64,000 nucleotides of DNA from Azolla caroliniana (GCA_043228905.1 JBHGNT010000006.1:11532001-11596000); one strand, 5' to 3'; shown: positions 47,839 to 60,145, numbered from the stretch's first letter. The notes: generated by a model from the sequence alone, not told the origin. Made by a program: numbers and translations.

Positions 47839-50800
47839 AGGCGGGCCGGTTTTCTCCGTGCCAACTTAATTTGGCGCATGCCGGAGGATGCGCGGATAGG
47901 TGGGGGCGGATGTCGTGAAGAAAACCGCCCACAAGAGGAATCGGGGGGGGACAAGGCATGGGAAACGGCTCCACACACACACGCGCGCCAAGAAGTACCT
48001 AAGGACGAAGTAGGTACATACGAGGATCCTAAGTGGGTAGATTCGGCTGGTATGCAATTAATGCCAAACGGCCTCATGACGGGCTATAAAAAGGAAGAGG
48101 AAGAATAGAACGGACATCTCCCGTGGAGAGGACGAAGTGCTGCCGAACCGATTTCGGGGGCTCTCTCTCACTCCTGCTTTCTCTGTTTTCTGCTCCATCG
48201 CGTACCTGTGCAGGTTTCGAGGAGGCTTGCGCTGTTCCGTGGAACGCCCCGAGTGCGTCCTGCAGCACCTCCGACCTGTTTTCCCCTTTCCGTGCGTCGC
48301 GACATACAGGGGTCGGCATCTGTTCGCCGCCCTGTTCGTTTTCGATTAGTATCTATTTCGTGCCCCACCGTGGGTTGTAACGCTTTAGCCTGTTATTTTC
48401 TTGCATTCATAAGTACATATCTTTCGTGGTTGCGTCCATCTGCGTCGGCGTTTATTTGTGATCTCTGTTTGTTGGGCCGTGTCCCTGTGCAATCTTCGGT
48501 TCTGTGTAATCGGGTCTCTCTCTCCTTCTCCTCTCTCTCTCTTGCTCTTCGGTCCAAGACCCCCGTGGTCCCTCCTCCTTTCTACACGCAAGGGCGTAGC
48601 AACCCCGACAACGTGTGGTTGACAACACCAACCGGATTCAAGTTGCTATTGAAGGATGTCTGACACGTTTCGGAGGTTCGTTTGAACCTGATATCAGCCG
48701 ATCGGCTAGATGATGAAGGCTAGACGAATAGAATCCAGAACGGTGTTATGAAGTTCAGCAAAGGGAGCCTGATTGTGGCTCGGGCCCGGAAGGTCAACAG
48801 GTTGTACCTGATGAATGCCTGGTTATGCCCGGAAGAAGTGAACGTGGCATTCGACACTACCGGTGAGTTGTGGCACAAGAGGCTGTGTCACATGAGCGAG
48901 AAGGGGATGACGAGGCTTGCATACGACAACCTCATTCCAGTGAAAAACGTGCACTTGGAGAAGTGCACTGATTGTCTTGCCGGTAAACAAAACCGGACCT
49001 CCTTCCGATCGAGGCCACCGATGAGACGTAATGCACCACTGGAGTTGGTGCATACTAATGTGTGTCAAGTGGACACGAAGTCTCATGCTGGATCGCAGTA
49101 CTTCGTGACGTTCATAGATGACCACAGCCGGCTGTTGTGGGCCACACTGTTGAAGACGAAGGCTCAGGTGCTATCCATCTTCAAAGAGCTCCAGGCGAGA
49201 TTGGAAAGAGAAACCGGCTGGAAACTGAAGGCGGTTCAAGCAGATAACGGAGGTGAATACCGGGGGTAGTTCGAGGAGTACTATCGCTCGAAGGGAATCC
49301 GGCTCGAATTTACCATGCCGAAGACGTCGAAACTAAATGGGCTGGTAGAGAGGATGAACCGAACCATAATGGAGAGGGTCCGGAGTATGCTGGCGCATGC
49401 AAAACTACCCAAGAAATTTTTGGGCTGAGGCACTGTCGACGGCGACATATGTGATAAACAAATCACCCTCAGTACCCTTGGACAGAGACACGCCATAGAG
49501 AGTCTGGACCGGTAAGGAAGTGTCCTACCCACATCTGAAGGTATTCGGGTGTCTTGCATATGTGCATGTAGCTAAGGACCGGAGAGGAAAATTAGATCCG
49601 AAGACCCGGCCATGCATATTCCTCGGTTACGGAGACGATGAGCTCGGCTACCGAGTGTGGAACCTGGCCGACAAGAAGGTATTCTGGAGTCGAGATATTA
49701 TCTTCATGGAGGACAAGACGCTCGCTGACTGGGAGTCGGAGAAGAAGATAATGAACTACGAGTCGACCGGTAAGGATCGATTCTACGATGAGCAGACCCA
49801 ACCGGCAAGAGACCGGTTAGCACTCGATGAACCGGCCGGTGACGGTAAGGAGACAACACAGGCCGAAGAAGAAGGAATAGGTGAAATCGGAACCGGCGAA
49901 GACCCCGAATCGGATTCGGATGAAGAACAAATAGAGGAGCCGGTTGCCGAAAGCCAAAGACGGAGATATCCTCTCAGAGAGAGAAGGCCCCCCCAGAGAT
50001 TTCCAGACGCAGAACATGTGCTGCTGACTGATGAGGGGGAGCCAAAATGCTTCGAGGAAGCTAAAAGTGACACCCATAGCCGCAAATGGTTAAGTGCCAT
50101 GCAAGATGAGATGGATTCCCTGCATGAGAACCATACGTACGAATTGGTGGAGTTGCCGAAAGGAAATTGGGTACTCCGAAACAAGTGGGTGTACAAGTTG
50201 AAACCGGGAGATGTCGGCAACCCCCGAGATACAAGGCCAGGATCGTGGTGAAGGGGTTCCAATAGAAGAAGGGCGTGGACTTCGACGAGATATTTGCCCC
50301 GGTAGTAAAGATGACCTCCATCCGGACGGTGCTGAGTATAGCGGCAATCATGGACCTCAAGGTAGAGCACTTGGACGTGAAGACGGCATTCCTTCACGGT
50401 CACCTCGAAGAGGAGATCTACATGCAACAACTGGAAAGATTCGTGGAGAAAGGGAAGGAGCACCTGGTTTGACGGTTGAAGAAGAGCATGTACGAACTGA
50501 AGCAGGCTCCCCGACAATGGTACTGGAAGTTTGACTCCTTCATGACCAATCAAGGGTACCACAAGACGCAGGCCGATCACTACGTGTTTGTGAAGAAGTT
50601 CGAAGGAGGCGACTTCCTGATACTCCTTCTGTACGTGGACCACATGTTGATCATCAGACGGAACCAAGCCAAAATACGGATGCTAAAGAAGGCTCTCAAC
50701 CGAACTTTCGCAATGAAAGACTTGGGTCCGGCAAGACAGATGTTGGGGATGTATATCATCCGGGACCGGCCAAAGAAGCAATTGTGGTTGTCACAGGAGA

Positions 50801-53800
50801 AGTACACGACAAAGGTGCTTCAGCGGTTCAACATGTCAGACGCGAAACCAGTCGGATTGACACTTCCGGAAAACTGCAGATTATCCGGTAAGCAAAGCCC
50901 GAAGACGAAAGCAGAGAAGGCGGATATGATGAAGGTGCCATATGCCTCTGCCGTTGGGAGTTTAATGTACGCAATGGTGTGTACTCGACCGGATATTGGA
51001 TACGCAATCGGAGTGGTGAGCCGGTTTATGAGCAATCTAGGCAAGGAGAACTGGAACACGGTCAAATGGATACTCCGGTACTTGAAGGGCACTTCGAATA
51101 TGTGTCTCCGATTCGGCTCCGGTAAAACTCAACTTGACGGTTTTACCGATTCGGGTATGTCGGCTGATGTGGATACCAGCCGGTCTACATCCGGGTATGT
51201 AATGACATATGTAGGGGCAGCAGTTTCGTGGCAGTCGAGGTTGCAGAAGACGGTTGCATTGTCAACCACGGAGGCGGAGTACATGGCGGCTGTTGAAACC
51301 GGCAAGGAAATATTATGGATGAAGGACTTCATCGGAGAGCTCGGTATCCGGCAAGATGAATACCGGCTGTATTGCGGCAGTCAAAGTGCCATCCACCTTG
51401 CTAAGAACGTTGCGTACCATTCCAGGACGAGGCACATCCAGCGTAGGTATCACTGGATCCGGGAGCGAGTAGAAGATCGAGAGTTGGCGCTGATGAAGAT
51501 CCACACGGCCGAGAACGGGTCAGATATGGTGACCAAAGTATTGATACCCGACAAGTTGGATGCATGTCCGAAGCGGATCGGACTAGTAAGACATCCCATG
51601 CCAGAGTGAAGGGGGAGTTTGTTAGGAAACAGGTCCCTCCGGATGGGAAGTGAGAAGAACCGTGTTGAGAAGAATCCTGATGTGGCATACCCGGCAACGG
51701 AAGACCCGGTGAGAACCGGATGTTGCAGGCCCGGTGAGAACCTCTCATTGGATGGAAGGGACATATATGTAAATATGTTCCAGAGAGCCCACTGGGGCTA
51801 TATTTGTAAATAGCCCGAAAGTCATATTAGTATAAATATTACCTAGGGCAAACTTAATGTGTGTGTTGTTTGGTGTAACCTCTGTACAGTGCGTAAGAGA
51901 GAGAGAGAGAGAGCGACATACAAAGATTGTGTCTCTGTTGGAACCGTTGCGAGGCGAAGATTGTGAGCAAGAGGTCGTTGCCTCTATGCTCCCTATTGTA
52001 TTACTTTACATAGTGATAGTTTGGAGTCTGTGGACTCCCGTGGTTTTTCCCTCTCAGGCTTTTCCACGTTAATATCCTGTGTATTCTCTTTTGTTTGTTC
52101 GTGCACTTACCTCCATTCCCATTTCTTCTATGTTCGATTGTATCAAGTGATTTACCCTTCGGTTGTTGCCGGAGATTATTCCGCGAATTAAACGTCATTA
52201 CCGAACTTGTATCCGCCATCCCGAGCCAAAATGGGCAAGGCTCCCATTCCTGGATTCCCAGGGTATTACAAGTCTGTAGACTAATCATGTTCACGCTCGA
52301 TCCTCCGTCCACAATCGTTCCTGGTAGTTCTGATCCTTTGACGATGGCGGTGATTGATGGACTATTCGTGTCTACCATTGCTGGCCTTTCTTCCGGATTT
52401 GAGAAGAACGTAGGAGCCGGCAACGGAATTGATGTGTTCATTCCTGATTTCAGCCCTTCCGTAAACCAGGGCACTAGTTGTAATAACCGACCCAATGCCA
52501 GCGTAATCTAACATTCTTGTAACGCTTGCCATGTTGGGTTTTCCGGCTGAATCGTGTCGGTGGCCCCTTCTAGTTTCTCCTTTTGTTGTTCAAGCTCAGC
52601 CACATTTTGCTCATTTGCCTTCTTCACGCACTTGGTGGCTTGCTTTCGGATTGCCTCCTGTGTTTCCCACTCTGTTGTTTTGCCTTTTGCCCTGGTGGTG
52701 ACTTGTTGTATGTCGACTACTTCTGCTACCACCATATTTACGGCTGGTCTTTTCTTGTAGCTTTTAACCGGACATTGATTACTGTAATTTCCTTCTTGCC
52801 GGCAATAGTAGCAGTACACTTTTCGGGTATTGCTAGATTCGGCGTTCGCTCCGGTACCCGGTTGAGGTCCTATTGGTGGTCGGTTGGGTGCTTGGCCTTG
52901 GTCCGGTTGGGTACTTGGCGTGCCCTTGTCCGGCTGCCACTAGTAGTCCTCCTTTCTAGCGTTCCATTTTTTGTTAAAGCGTTTTTTGTTCTGGTAACCC
53001 TGTCAGGGCCGGTTTTCATAGTTGCCTTGATCCTCCCTCCGTTGGTTGTAACCGGGGGAGTGATCCCGGTTGTATCACTCATATCGTTCACCGTTGTAAT
53101 CCCGGTAGCTATCCTACCGGTCTCGGTCGTGAGCGTCCTTTCGGTCGTTGTTCCGGGTATCTTGCATTAGTCGATAACGCTCATCCCACCGCCAACGTTC
53201 TTCTTCCTCCTCCCAGTTGCTCCGGTGTTCGATTTGCCTTAGCGATGCCGCTTACCGGTTCAACAAGTTATATTCGCATCGGTCCATTGTGTGCGTCCTG
53301 GAATGGCATAACATGCACTGTGTCCGCATGGTACACTCTATTGCCGAGTGCTCGGCATTGAGACAAGTCGTACATTGTATAGCTTGCTGAAAACGTAAGT
53401 CGTCCTTTGTCGGTAATGTATGCTAAACTGCCCCCATTGTTAGCCACGAGCTTGTTTTCTCCATCTCCCTAACCCTTTCTATGACTTGGTTGATGATCGT
53501 GCTGGTGCGGAAATCAATCACTGCACACACCGTATGCAGGGGTTCCTGGAGTGCTGCTAGGAATATTGCTTTAGCCTCTGCCTCCGGTGGTGTCCGATTG
53601 AGCTGATTGTGCATTCGCTGGAATCGGATTACGAATTGTTGAATGGTTTCCGTAGGTTCCTACCGTATGGTGTAGAATAGGCTGACCATTTCCCGTTGAT
53701 CCACCTCCTTATTGAAGAACTGTAAAAATCTGGTTTTTAGGTCTTCAAACGTTGTGATGGTACCGGGAGTGTGCATCAAGTGCCATCGCGATGCTGGTCC

Positions 53801-53964
53801 TTCCAAGGTCATGCCAAACTCTGCCATCTTCGAGCGTTCTGCTTCGGCGGCAGTCAAGCGTTGCGAAACATGGTTTGCTTCCCATGTTTGCAGAAATGCA
53901 TAGACATGCGCTTCTACGTCCGGATCATCCCAGTACTTGGGATATTGGAGCGTCATGTCATCGT

Positions 53965-54120
53965 TCAGTGTCGGAGGTCTCCCCTCCGCTTCTTTCGGTG
54001 TCTAAGGTCTTTCCTCCTCTTCTTTCGGTGTCGGAGGTCTTTCCTCCTCTTCTTTCGGTGTCAGAGTTCTTTCCTCCTCTTCTTTCGGTGTCAGAGTTCT
54101 TTCCTCCTCTTCTTTCGATG
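53965..54120. repeat. 30-bp tandem repeat (about 5 copies) encoding PKEEEER(T/P)LT in the Athila-like gag N-terminus
   Basis: TCGGTGTC.GAG.TCTTTCCTCCTCTTCTT units. Confidence 0.88.
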
Positions 54121-54989
54121 TTGCACGTGGCGGTATCGGAAGTTGGTCCACCACTTGCCGGTCTGGGGCTTCCAATTCCGTTAACTCTGGTTCTGGTGTC
54201 GGCAAGGTATCCGACTGCTCGTCCTCCGGTCCATCTGGGGTATTTTGGCTGCTACGGTAATTCGAATGGGCGTTGCATTCACCGTCCGAATACGATTCTA
54301 AGGCCGAGAATGGTTCCGAATCGCCTCCCTCTGTCACTAGTGCCTGCATAATGGATTCCGCATCCCAAAGACTGCTCAGGCTGCTTCCTTCGTCCGGTTG
54401 GGAATTCGGTTGCCCGCGAAGTGACTCTGCGGCCACTCGCCGGATTACTTTGGAAAATGAGTGATCCGCACGGATCTCTTCTGCCGCCTGTTGGAAAGCC
54501 TCTCACTTTCGCAATCGTTCGGCAAGTCTTCTTGCTCGCTCCATAACCGGGTCGTTTGTTGGTCTAGTCATCCATGCCCGCCGTTGTTCGTTGCGTTTGT
54601 GCAGGAATCGTGGTCACCAAAAACTGTGTTATCGCTAGGGCTGGACAATGGCCTAACACAGGGTGTCCCTTTGAGACACTTCACCAAAGGGTTTTGCGGT
54701 GAGATAAAGTTAGACCGACTATTAATGGAACCCTAATTGGTTATTAAGCGGCAAGATCATTAGTCACAATACACGCGTAGGATAAATTACACTTAGCACA
54801 GAACGGTAATTAACAATGATTAAATACAGAACAACAACAATCCATTAATTATCTGCTAGCGATAACAATCTAACTAGGCCGTTTTATAGGTCTCCGGCTT
54901 TAGGTACAAACCGGTGCCAACCGGCAACTGGCTACGAACCGGTCTGGATCCGGATCGGTATACTGACTCCGGGTCCGTCCTTTGCTTCT

Positions 54990-57900
54990 TGTAAAAACAA
55001 AAAGCGTGCGGAAGCAATAAAAACATAAAACAGAGAACAGAGAACAGGTTTAATGGAGAGCTTAACAGTACGCGGGAGAGACAGAGAGAACAAGAATCTC
55101 TATTCAAAAATTATATCAACGCTCTGTACATAGTATGTGTTCAGCGAACACTTTTATACAAGTCCATACGTACTGACAGAAGTACAGTGTACTTCAATGC
55201 TCACTTGAGCGCCTGACACTAACTACGAGAGTAATAACTCCCTAGTAGTCTAGCTGCTACTAGGCTTCCGGTTACTGATGGATCCGGCTCACTGGCTCCC
55301 CAACTCACCGGCTCTTTGCTCACCGGGTGCTCACCGTCTCACTGATTCGTCTCGCTCACCGGCTCACCGATCCGTCTCACTCACCAGCTCAGGCTTATCC
55401 AGCCAATCCGGCTCTAATTGAGCTTGCTGCTCAACACTCCCCCTTAAGCTCAACTTGAGGTCCGGTCGTAGTGTCAACGTCTGTGGCAATCGGTCCTTCT
55501 GCCCGGCTGCTTCTGGCGTCACTCCGCCTTGCTCGCGCTCCTCGTCCGGTCCGGTTCTATTTTCCCTGACCCCTCTTGTTCTGCACACCTCGACCTTCTC
55601 GGTCGTCTTGTTTGCTCAACAGGCCCAATTCAACTCCCTCACTGTTGTGACTTCGGTGCGTGCCGGTTCGCCGATTCCTTCGTGTTGGCGTCGACTTTCG
55701 CTGCCTTCTCGTCCTCTTGGCCTTGAATTGATCCAGTTCTTCTGAATCTGTCTGTTGAGCCGAATCGACTGTCTCCGATTCGTTCCAGCTCTTGTCCGAA
55801 TCGGTTGCTCCCGATTCTTCTTCTAGTTCCAGGCCCTTCACCACATCGGACCATGTCCGGGTCTTGGCCTTCTTCTTCCGGTCGGCTAGATCCTTCTTGA
55901 CTCTACTATCATTGCCGCTTGTTCCGACTTGTTTGGATGTGTCAACTTCCTTTGTCGACTCGGATCCTTTCTTCTTCTTGACTCTCCCTTCATCGGTTCT
56001 TCCCTCACCGGCGCAAGCGGCAGTTTCTTTGCCTTTTCCCGTTCCGGTGTCTTTGTCCGTTCTCTCCCTCAAGTGTGGCACGTCGAGATGCTGAACACCA
56101 AGCATTTCGGTGAAGTGCTGCAACTTGTCCGATCCGAGTGGTTTGGTGAAGATGTCGGCAACTTGCCGATCCGTGTGAACATACCAAAGTTCGACCTCAC
56201 CGCTCAGGACACACTCACGCACGAAGTGATAGTGCACTTCGATGTGCTTTGTGCGAGCATGGAATACGGGGTTCTTGGCGAGCTGCATGCTGCTTATGTT
56301 GTCGCAGTAGATTAGAATCGGGGTCGGTACCCCGATCCGTGGGTCTTGCAACAATCATCGAAGCCAAATGGCTTCACAGGTGGCAATGGTAGCGCCCCGA
56401 TACTCAGCCTTAGTGCTCGATAGAGCAATTGTTGGCTGCTTTTTGCTGCTCCACGCTACCTAGGGAAAACATATAACCGAAGGTTGATCGGTGATCTGAT
56501 GCATCGCTAGCCCAGTCAGCAGTTGTGTAACCGACCAGCTCTTCGGTTATACCACGCCGGTATAACAGTCACATATGCTATGCTTCCTCCGCTTCTCATC
56601 CGGCACGTGCACATATGCTATGCTGCCAAAAATCCGAAGGTGTCTCAAATTCGGCTTGCACCCGAAATGGGGCATGCTCTTCTCTTCCAACATTGCCCTT
56701 CCCGCGTCAACAAGCGACCGGTTCTTCCTTTCGGCCACACTATTTTGCTCCGGTGTGTATCTGCAATTGAACTCTCTCCGAATTCCTGTTTGCTGCAAAT
56801 AACTATTGAATTGGCCGGAAAAATATTATTTTCCGCCATCTGACCGCAGGCACTTGATTTTCCTCTCTGATTCCCGTTCCACCATGCTCTGGACGTTTTG
56901 GAAACAGTCGAAGACTTCGCTCTTCCGCTCAATGAGGTAGATCCATGTGTGTCGACTATAGTCGTCGATGAAGGAGACGAAGTATCAACTCCAACCAAGA
57001 CTCGCGTTCTGTGCTGGTCCCCATACATCCGAATGACTAAGATCGAGCTTTTACGGCTACGGTTTTGTTCGGCGGGGAATGGAAGCCGGTGTTGCTTCCC
57101 GAGTTGGCAGGCTTCACATACTTGGGCCTTCCGGCCACTAAACTTCGGCAAACCGAAAACAACTTGTTTCGTTTGCAGGTCTTGAAGTCGCCAGTAATTG
57201 ACGTGGCCAATCCGCTTGTGCCATAGGTCGATGTCCGATTCGACCTTCTGTCCTTTGGCGAACAAGACGGTGCCAACGTCATTGGTGTCGAGGATGAACA
57301 TCCTCCCATCTCTGCGCCCTTGCGCGATAATCTCGCCCTCCTCCTCGATGAAGCACCCGAGGTGCGTAAACTGCACTTGCATTCCCTGGTCGACGATCTG
57401 TCTGACCAATACCAAGTTCTTCATGATAGTCAGAATGTGTAATATGTTCATCAGCTTCCCCCTCTATCCGACGTGGCTCAGGGGAACTTCTCCGACATGC
57501 ACGATTGGGTGAGGAGTGTCGTCTCCGGTTTCGACAACTCCCGGTTGTTCCGGTTTCCACTCTTTGTGGCTCATCATGTGATTTGACGCACTGGAATCAA
57601 CGTACCACACTTCCTTCGATTTGTAAGTGGTCTTCTTCATCGAGTTTGCCTCATGCTTCATCATCAAGGTCGGCTCCTTACTGGTCTTCCCAGTTCCGGA
57701 TCCTCTCAATCCTTGTGCGTAGTGCGAGCTTTGTCGGTTCTCCTAAACTGTTTTGCTGGATCCAGATCTATCCGAATCGATGCACTTCTTCCAACGCTCA
57801 CTTTCTTTGTGGCCCTTTTTACTGTAGTACCAGCATTCCGTGGCAGATTTTTCTTGCTGGCTTCCGGCGCCGCCTTGACTCCCCTTGCTTGTGGAAGTCC

Positions 57901-59053
57901 CGGAACTGTTGTCGGCACGGTCTCTATGTCGTCGGTCTTGCCCTTGCCGGCCGCCTCCATTGCTTGCCGACCCACCTCGTCCACCACGCCTCTATGTATA
58001 GCATCCGACTGTCGGTGGGTGCACTTGTTGACGCACCGGCGTGGTTCTCCTCTACAAGGAGCATCAACTGTAAGTCGAAAAATGACGGCGTATTCTCCCT
58101 CATACATACTGCTGTCTAGAAAGCTCGGAACTTAGACGCCAGGCCCCCAAGACAGACCTGTACCATTTCGTCTTCCTCTATCGTGATGTTGATAGAGGTA
58201 AGCGAGTCACAGATCTCTTTGATTCGGACCGTGTAATCAGTCACCGACATGTCCTTCTGTCGAACATTGCTTAACTCTTGTTGGAGTTGCAGCTTCCGGG
58301 CTGTGGTGCTTGCGACGAACACCTTCTTCAGGTTTCCCCAAGCCTCTTTCGGCGTCCCGGCATCTCGGACGTGGCTACTTGCCGATTGTTCCCACACCAG
58401 GAAGTCCTTGTTTGTCGTATCAGGTGCTATGTCGTTAGCTCTGTCGACATAGCTCCAATACCCATCCCCAAGCAGGTACTGGTGCATCTTGTAAGACCAA
58501 GATGCGTAGTTGGTTCTGTCGAGCTTCTCCACCATGAGCGAGCTAGCCATTCCTCTATCCATTTTTCTTTTCCTGTTCTTTACGAAAGTTTTCCTTTCAA
58601 GCTATGTCGGTTATAGAGGTTCTCAACCCCCACGCTCTGATACCATGTAAAAACAAATAGCGTGCGGAAGCAATAAAAACAGAAAACAGAGAACAGAGAA
58701 CAGGTTTAATGGAGAGCTTAACAGTACGCAGGAGAGACAGAGAGAACAAGAATCTTTATTCAAAAATTATATCAACGCTCTGTACATAGTATGTGTTCAA
58801 CGAACACTTTTATACAAGTCCATACGAACTAACAAAAGTACGGTGTACCTCAAAGCTCACTCGAGCGCCTGACACTAACTACGAGAGTAATAACTCCCTA
58901 GTAATCTAGCTGCTACTAGGCTTCCGGTTATTGATGGATCTGGCTCACCGGCTCCCTAGCTCACCGGGTGCTCACCAGCTCACCGATCCGTCTCGCTCAC
59001 AGGGCTCAGGCTTATCCGGCTGATCCGGCTCCAATTGAGCTTGCCACTCAACA
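54990..59053 (-). mobile_element. Ty1/copia element D (copia A family), RT deleted
   Basis: LTRs 54990-55436 and 58646-59053. TSD CTTCT. iMet PBS 58634-58645, PPT 55437-55447. IN joined to RNaseH near 56575. Confidence 0.94.
55557..58562 (-). pseudogene. Copia D gag-PR-IN plus RNaseH with a charged C-terminal extension
   Basis: EKLDRTNYASW, WYVDSSASNH, CEACQLGKQ and KHIEVHYHFVRE..ADIFTK. Confidence 0.88.
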
Positions 59054-59409
59054 CTTCTCAAAATCATAATAATTCTATATTGTCACATTATAACTAATCA
59101 GCTCCCAGTTATTATTTATTATCCCCCCGTTTCCCATTCTAGACTTCCCTTTCCGACTGGTTTAGGGTCTAGGGTTTAAGGAGATGAAGAAAGGATTTCT
59201 AGGAGTTTGCGAGATAGCAAATCAAATAGTTCTTTAATTTTGTAGTGTTATTTGAACTTTATCTAGTTTGTCTTATCTCCATAATATAATATCATAGCAT
59301 TCTTTCCTCTTCCTCTATTCATTGCAAAAAATTTCTCTATACTCGCTTTCGATATGCAACTAACCAAAACTCTTAATCTTGTTCATTGGATCGAGCACCA
59401 ACACATTTA

Positions 59410-59482
59410 GCCGGCATAGCTTAGAGGGAAGAGCACAAGGCTCTTAACTTTGTGGTCATGGGTTGGATCCCCATGGTTAGCG
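59410..59482 (+). pseudogene. tRNA-Lys(CUU)-derived copy A1 (7-nt loop, B box GGTTGGA, stem mismatches)
   Basis: GCCGGCATAGCTTAG..CAAGG CTCTTAA CTTTG.. Confidence 0.75.
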
Positions 59483-59553
59483 GTAGTCATGCCATGGTAG
59501 ATCTCCGCACAATATATATGTATGAATGAAAGTGTCATGTAAAGAAGAATCCA

Positions 59554-59626
59554 GACAGCCTAGCTCAGATGGAAGAGCGCAAGGCTCTTAACCTTGTGGT
59601 CATGGGTTCGAGCCCCATGGTCGGCG
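59554..59626 (+). tRNA. tRNA-Lys(CUU) copy B1 with two acceptor-stem mismatches
   Basis: Cloverleaf intact except GACAGCC/GGTCGGC. Confidence 0.65.
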
Positions 59627-60071
59627 GAATTCATGCCTTCTTGAAAGATCTCCATCGAATCTATTAAACGCAGAAGAAAGGTTAAAGGAGATAAAGCGGG
59701 GATGAAAAACTTGTAAAAATAGCATCAGAAAGAGAGGAAAGAGGAAGAATTAGAAGATCATAAGAAGTGACAAGACGTTGGATAGAAGGCAGGAGCAGAG
59801 AAAGAAGAAAGTGGTGCGAAGAAGAATAGGAGAAAAAAGTAGATGAAGAAAGGATTTCTAGGAGTTTGCGAGATAGGAAATCAAATAGTTCTTTTGTTTT
59901 GAAATGCTATTTGAATTTTATCTAGTTTGTATTATCTCCATAATATAATATCATAGCATTTTTTTCTCTTCCTCTACTCATTGCAATTTTTTTCTCTATA
60001 CTCGCTTTCAATATGAAGCAAGCCAAAACTATACTCGCTCGTGACCGCTGGTTCGAGCACCAACACATCTA

Positions 60072-60145
60072 GCCGGCTTATCTCAGAGGGAAGAGCGCAA
60101 GGCTCTTTAACTTTGTGTTCATGGGTTGGATTCCCTTGGTCGGCG
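60072..60145 (+). pseudogene. tRNA-Lys derivative A2 with 8-nt anticodon loop
   Basis: CAAGG CTCTTTAA CTTTG; T loop TTGGATT. Confidence 0.7.

Larger units (their letters stand above)
41481..48610 (+). mobile_element. Intact, recently inserted Ty3/gypsy element E (7130 bp)
   Basis: 700-bp LTRs at 41481-42180 and 47911-48610, differing at about 3 positions by eye. TSD ACGT. Trp PBS 42184-42201, PPT 47898-47910. Two uninterrupted ORFs. Confidence 0.97.
40477..51609 (+). pseudogene. Copia C gag-pol (40477-41480 and 48611-51609)
   Basis: Gag CFYCGKPGHFQKNC, IN and RT-RH (LLLYVDHML, STTEAEY) with stops. Confidence 0.9.
39826..52197 (+). mobile_element. Ty1/copia element C (same family as copia B), degenerate, containing nested intact gypsy E
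   Basis: LTRs 39826-40445 and 51620-52197. TSD TTACC. Mutated iMet PBS TAGTATCAGAGC 40449-40460, PPT 51607-51617. Confidence 0.94.
35760..59180 (-). mobile_element. Athila/OTA-like non-chromovirus gypsy element, degenerate, split by copia C (39826-52197) and copia D (54990-59053)
   Basis: RT FLDGFNSYNQI..FGLKTAPATFQR..VFLDDFAV, RH LLQEFEFEI, IN WGLDFV..ISDQGGHF. Gag-PR at 52198-54436, PBS-like TGGTGACCACG at 54609-54619, LTR starting at 54625. Confidence 0.8.

Noticed and set aside
54601-54619. Exact primer tRNA of the Athila-like element
   Set aside because: TGGTGACCACG resembles a tRNA-Arg 3' complement but only partially; it cannot be assigned without the host tRNA set.
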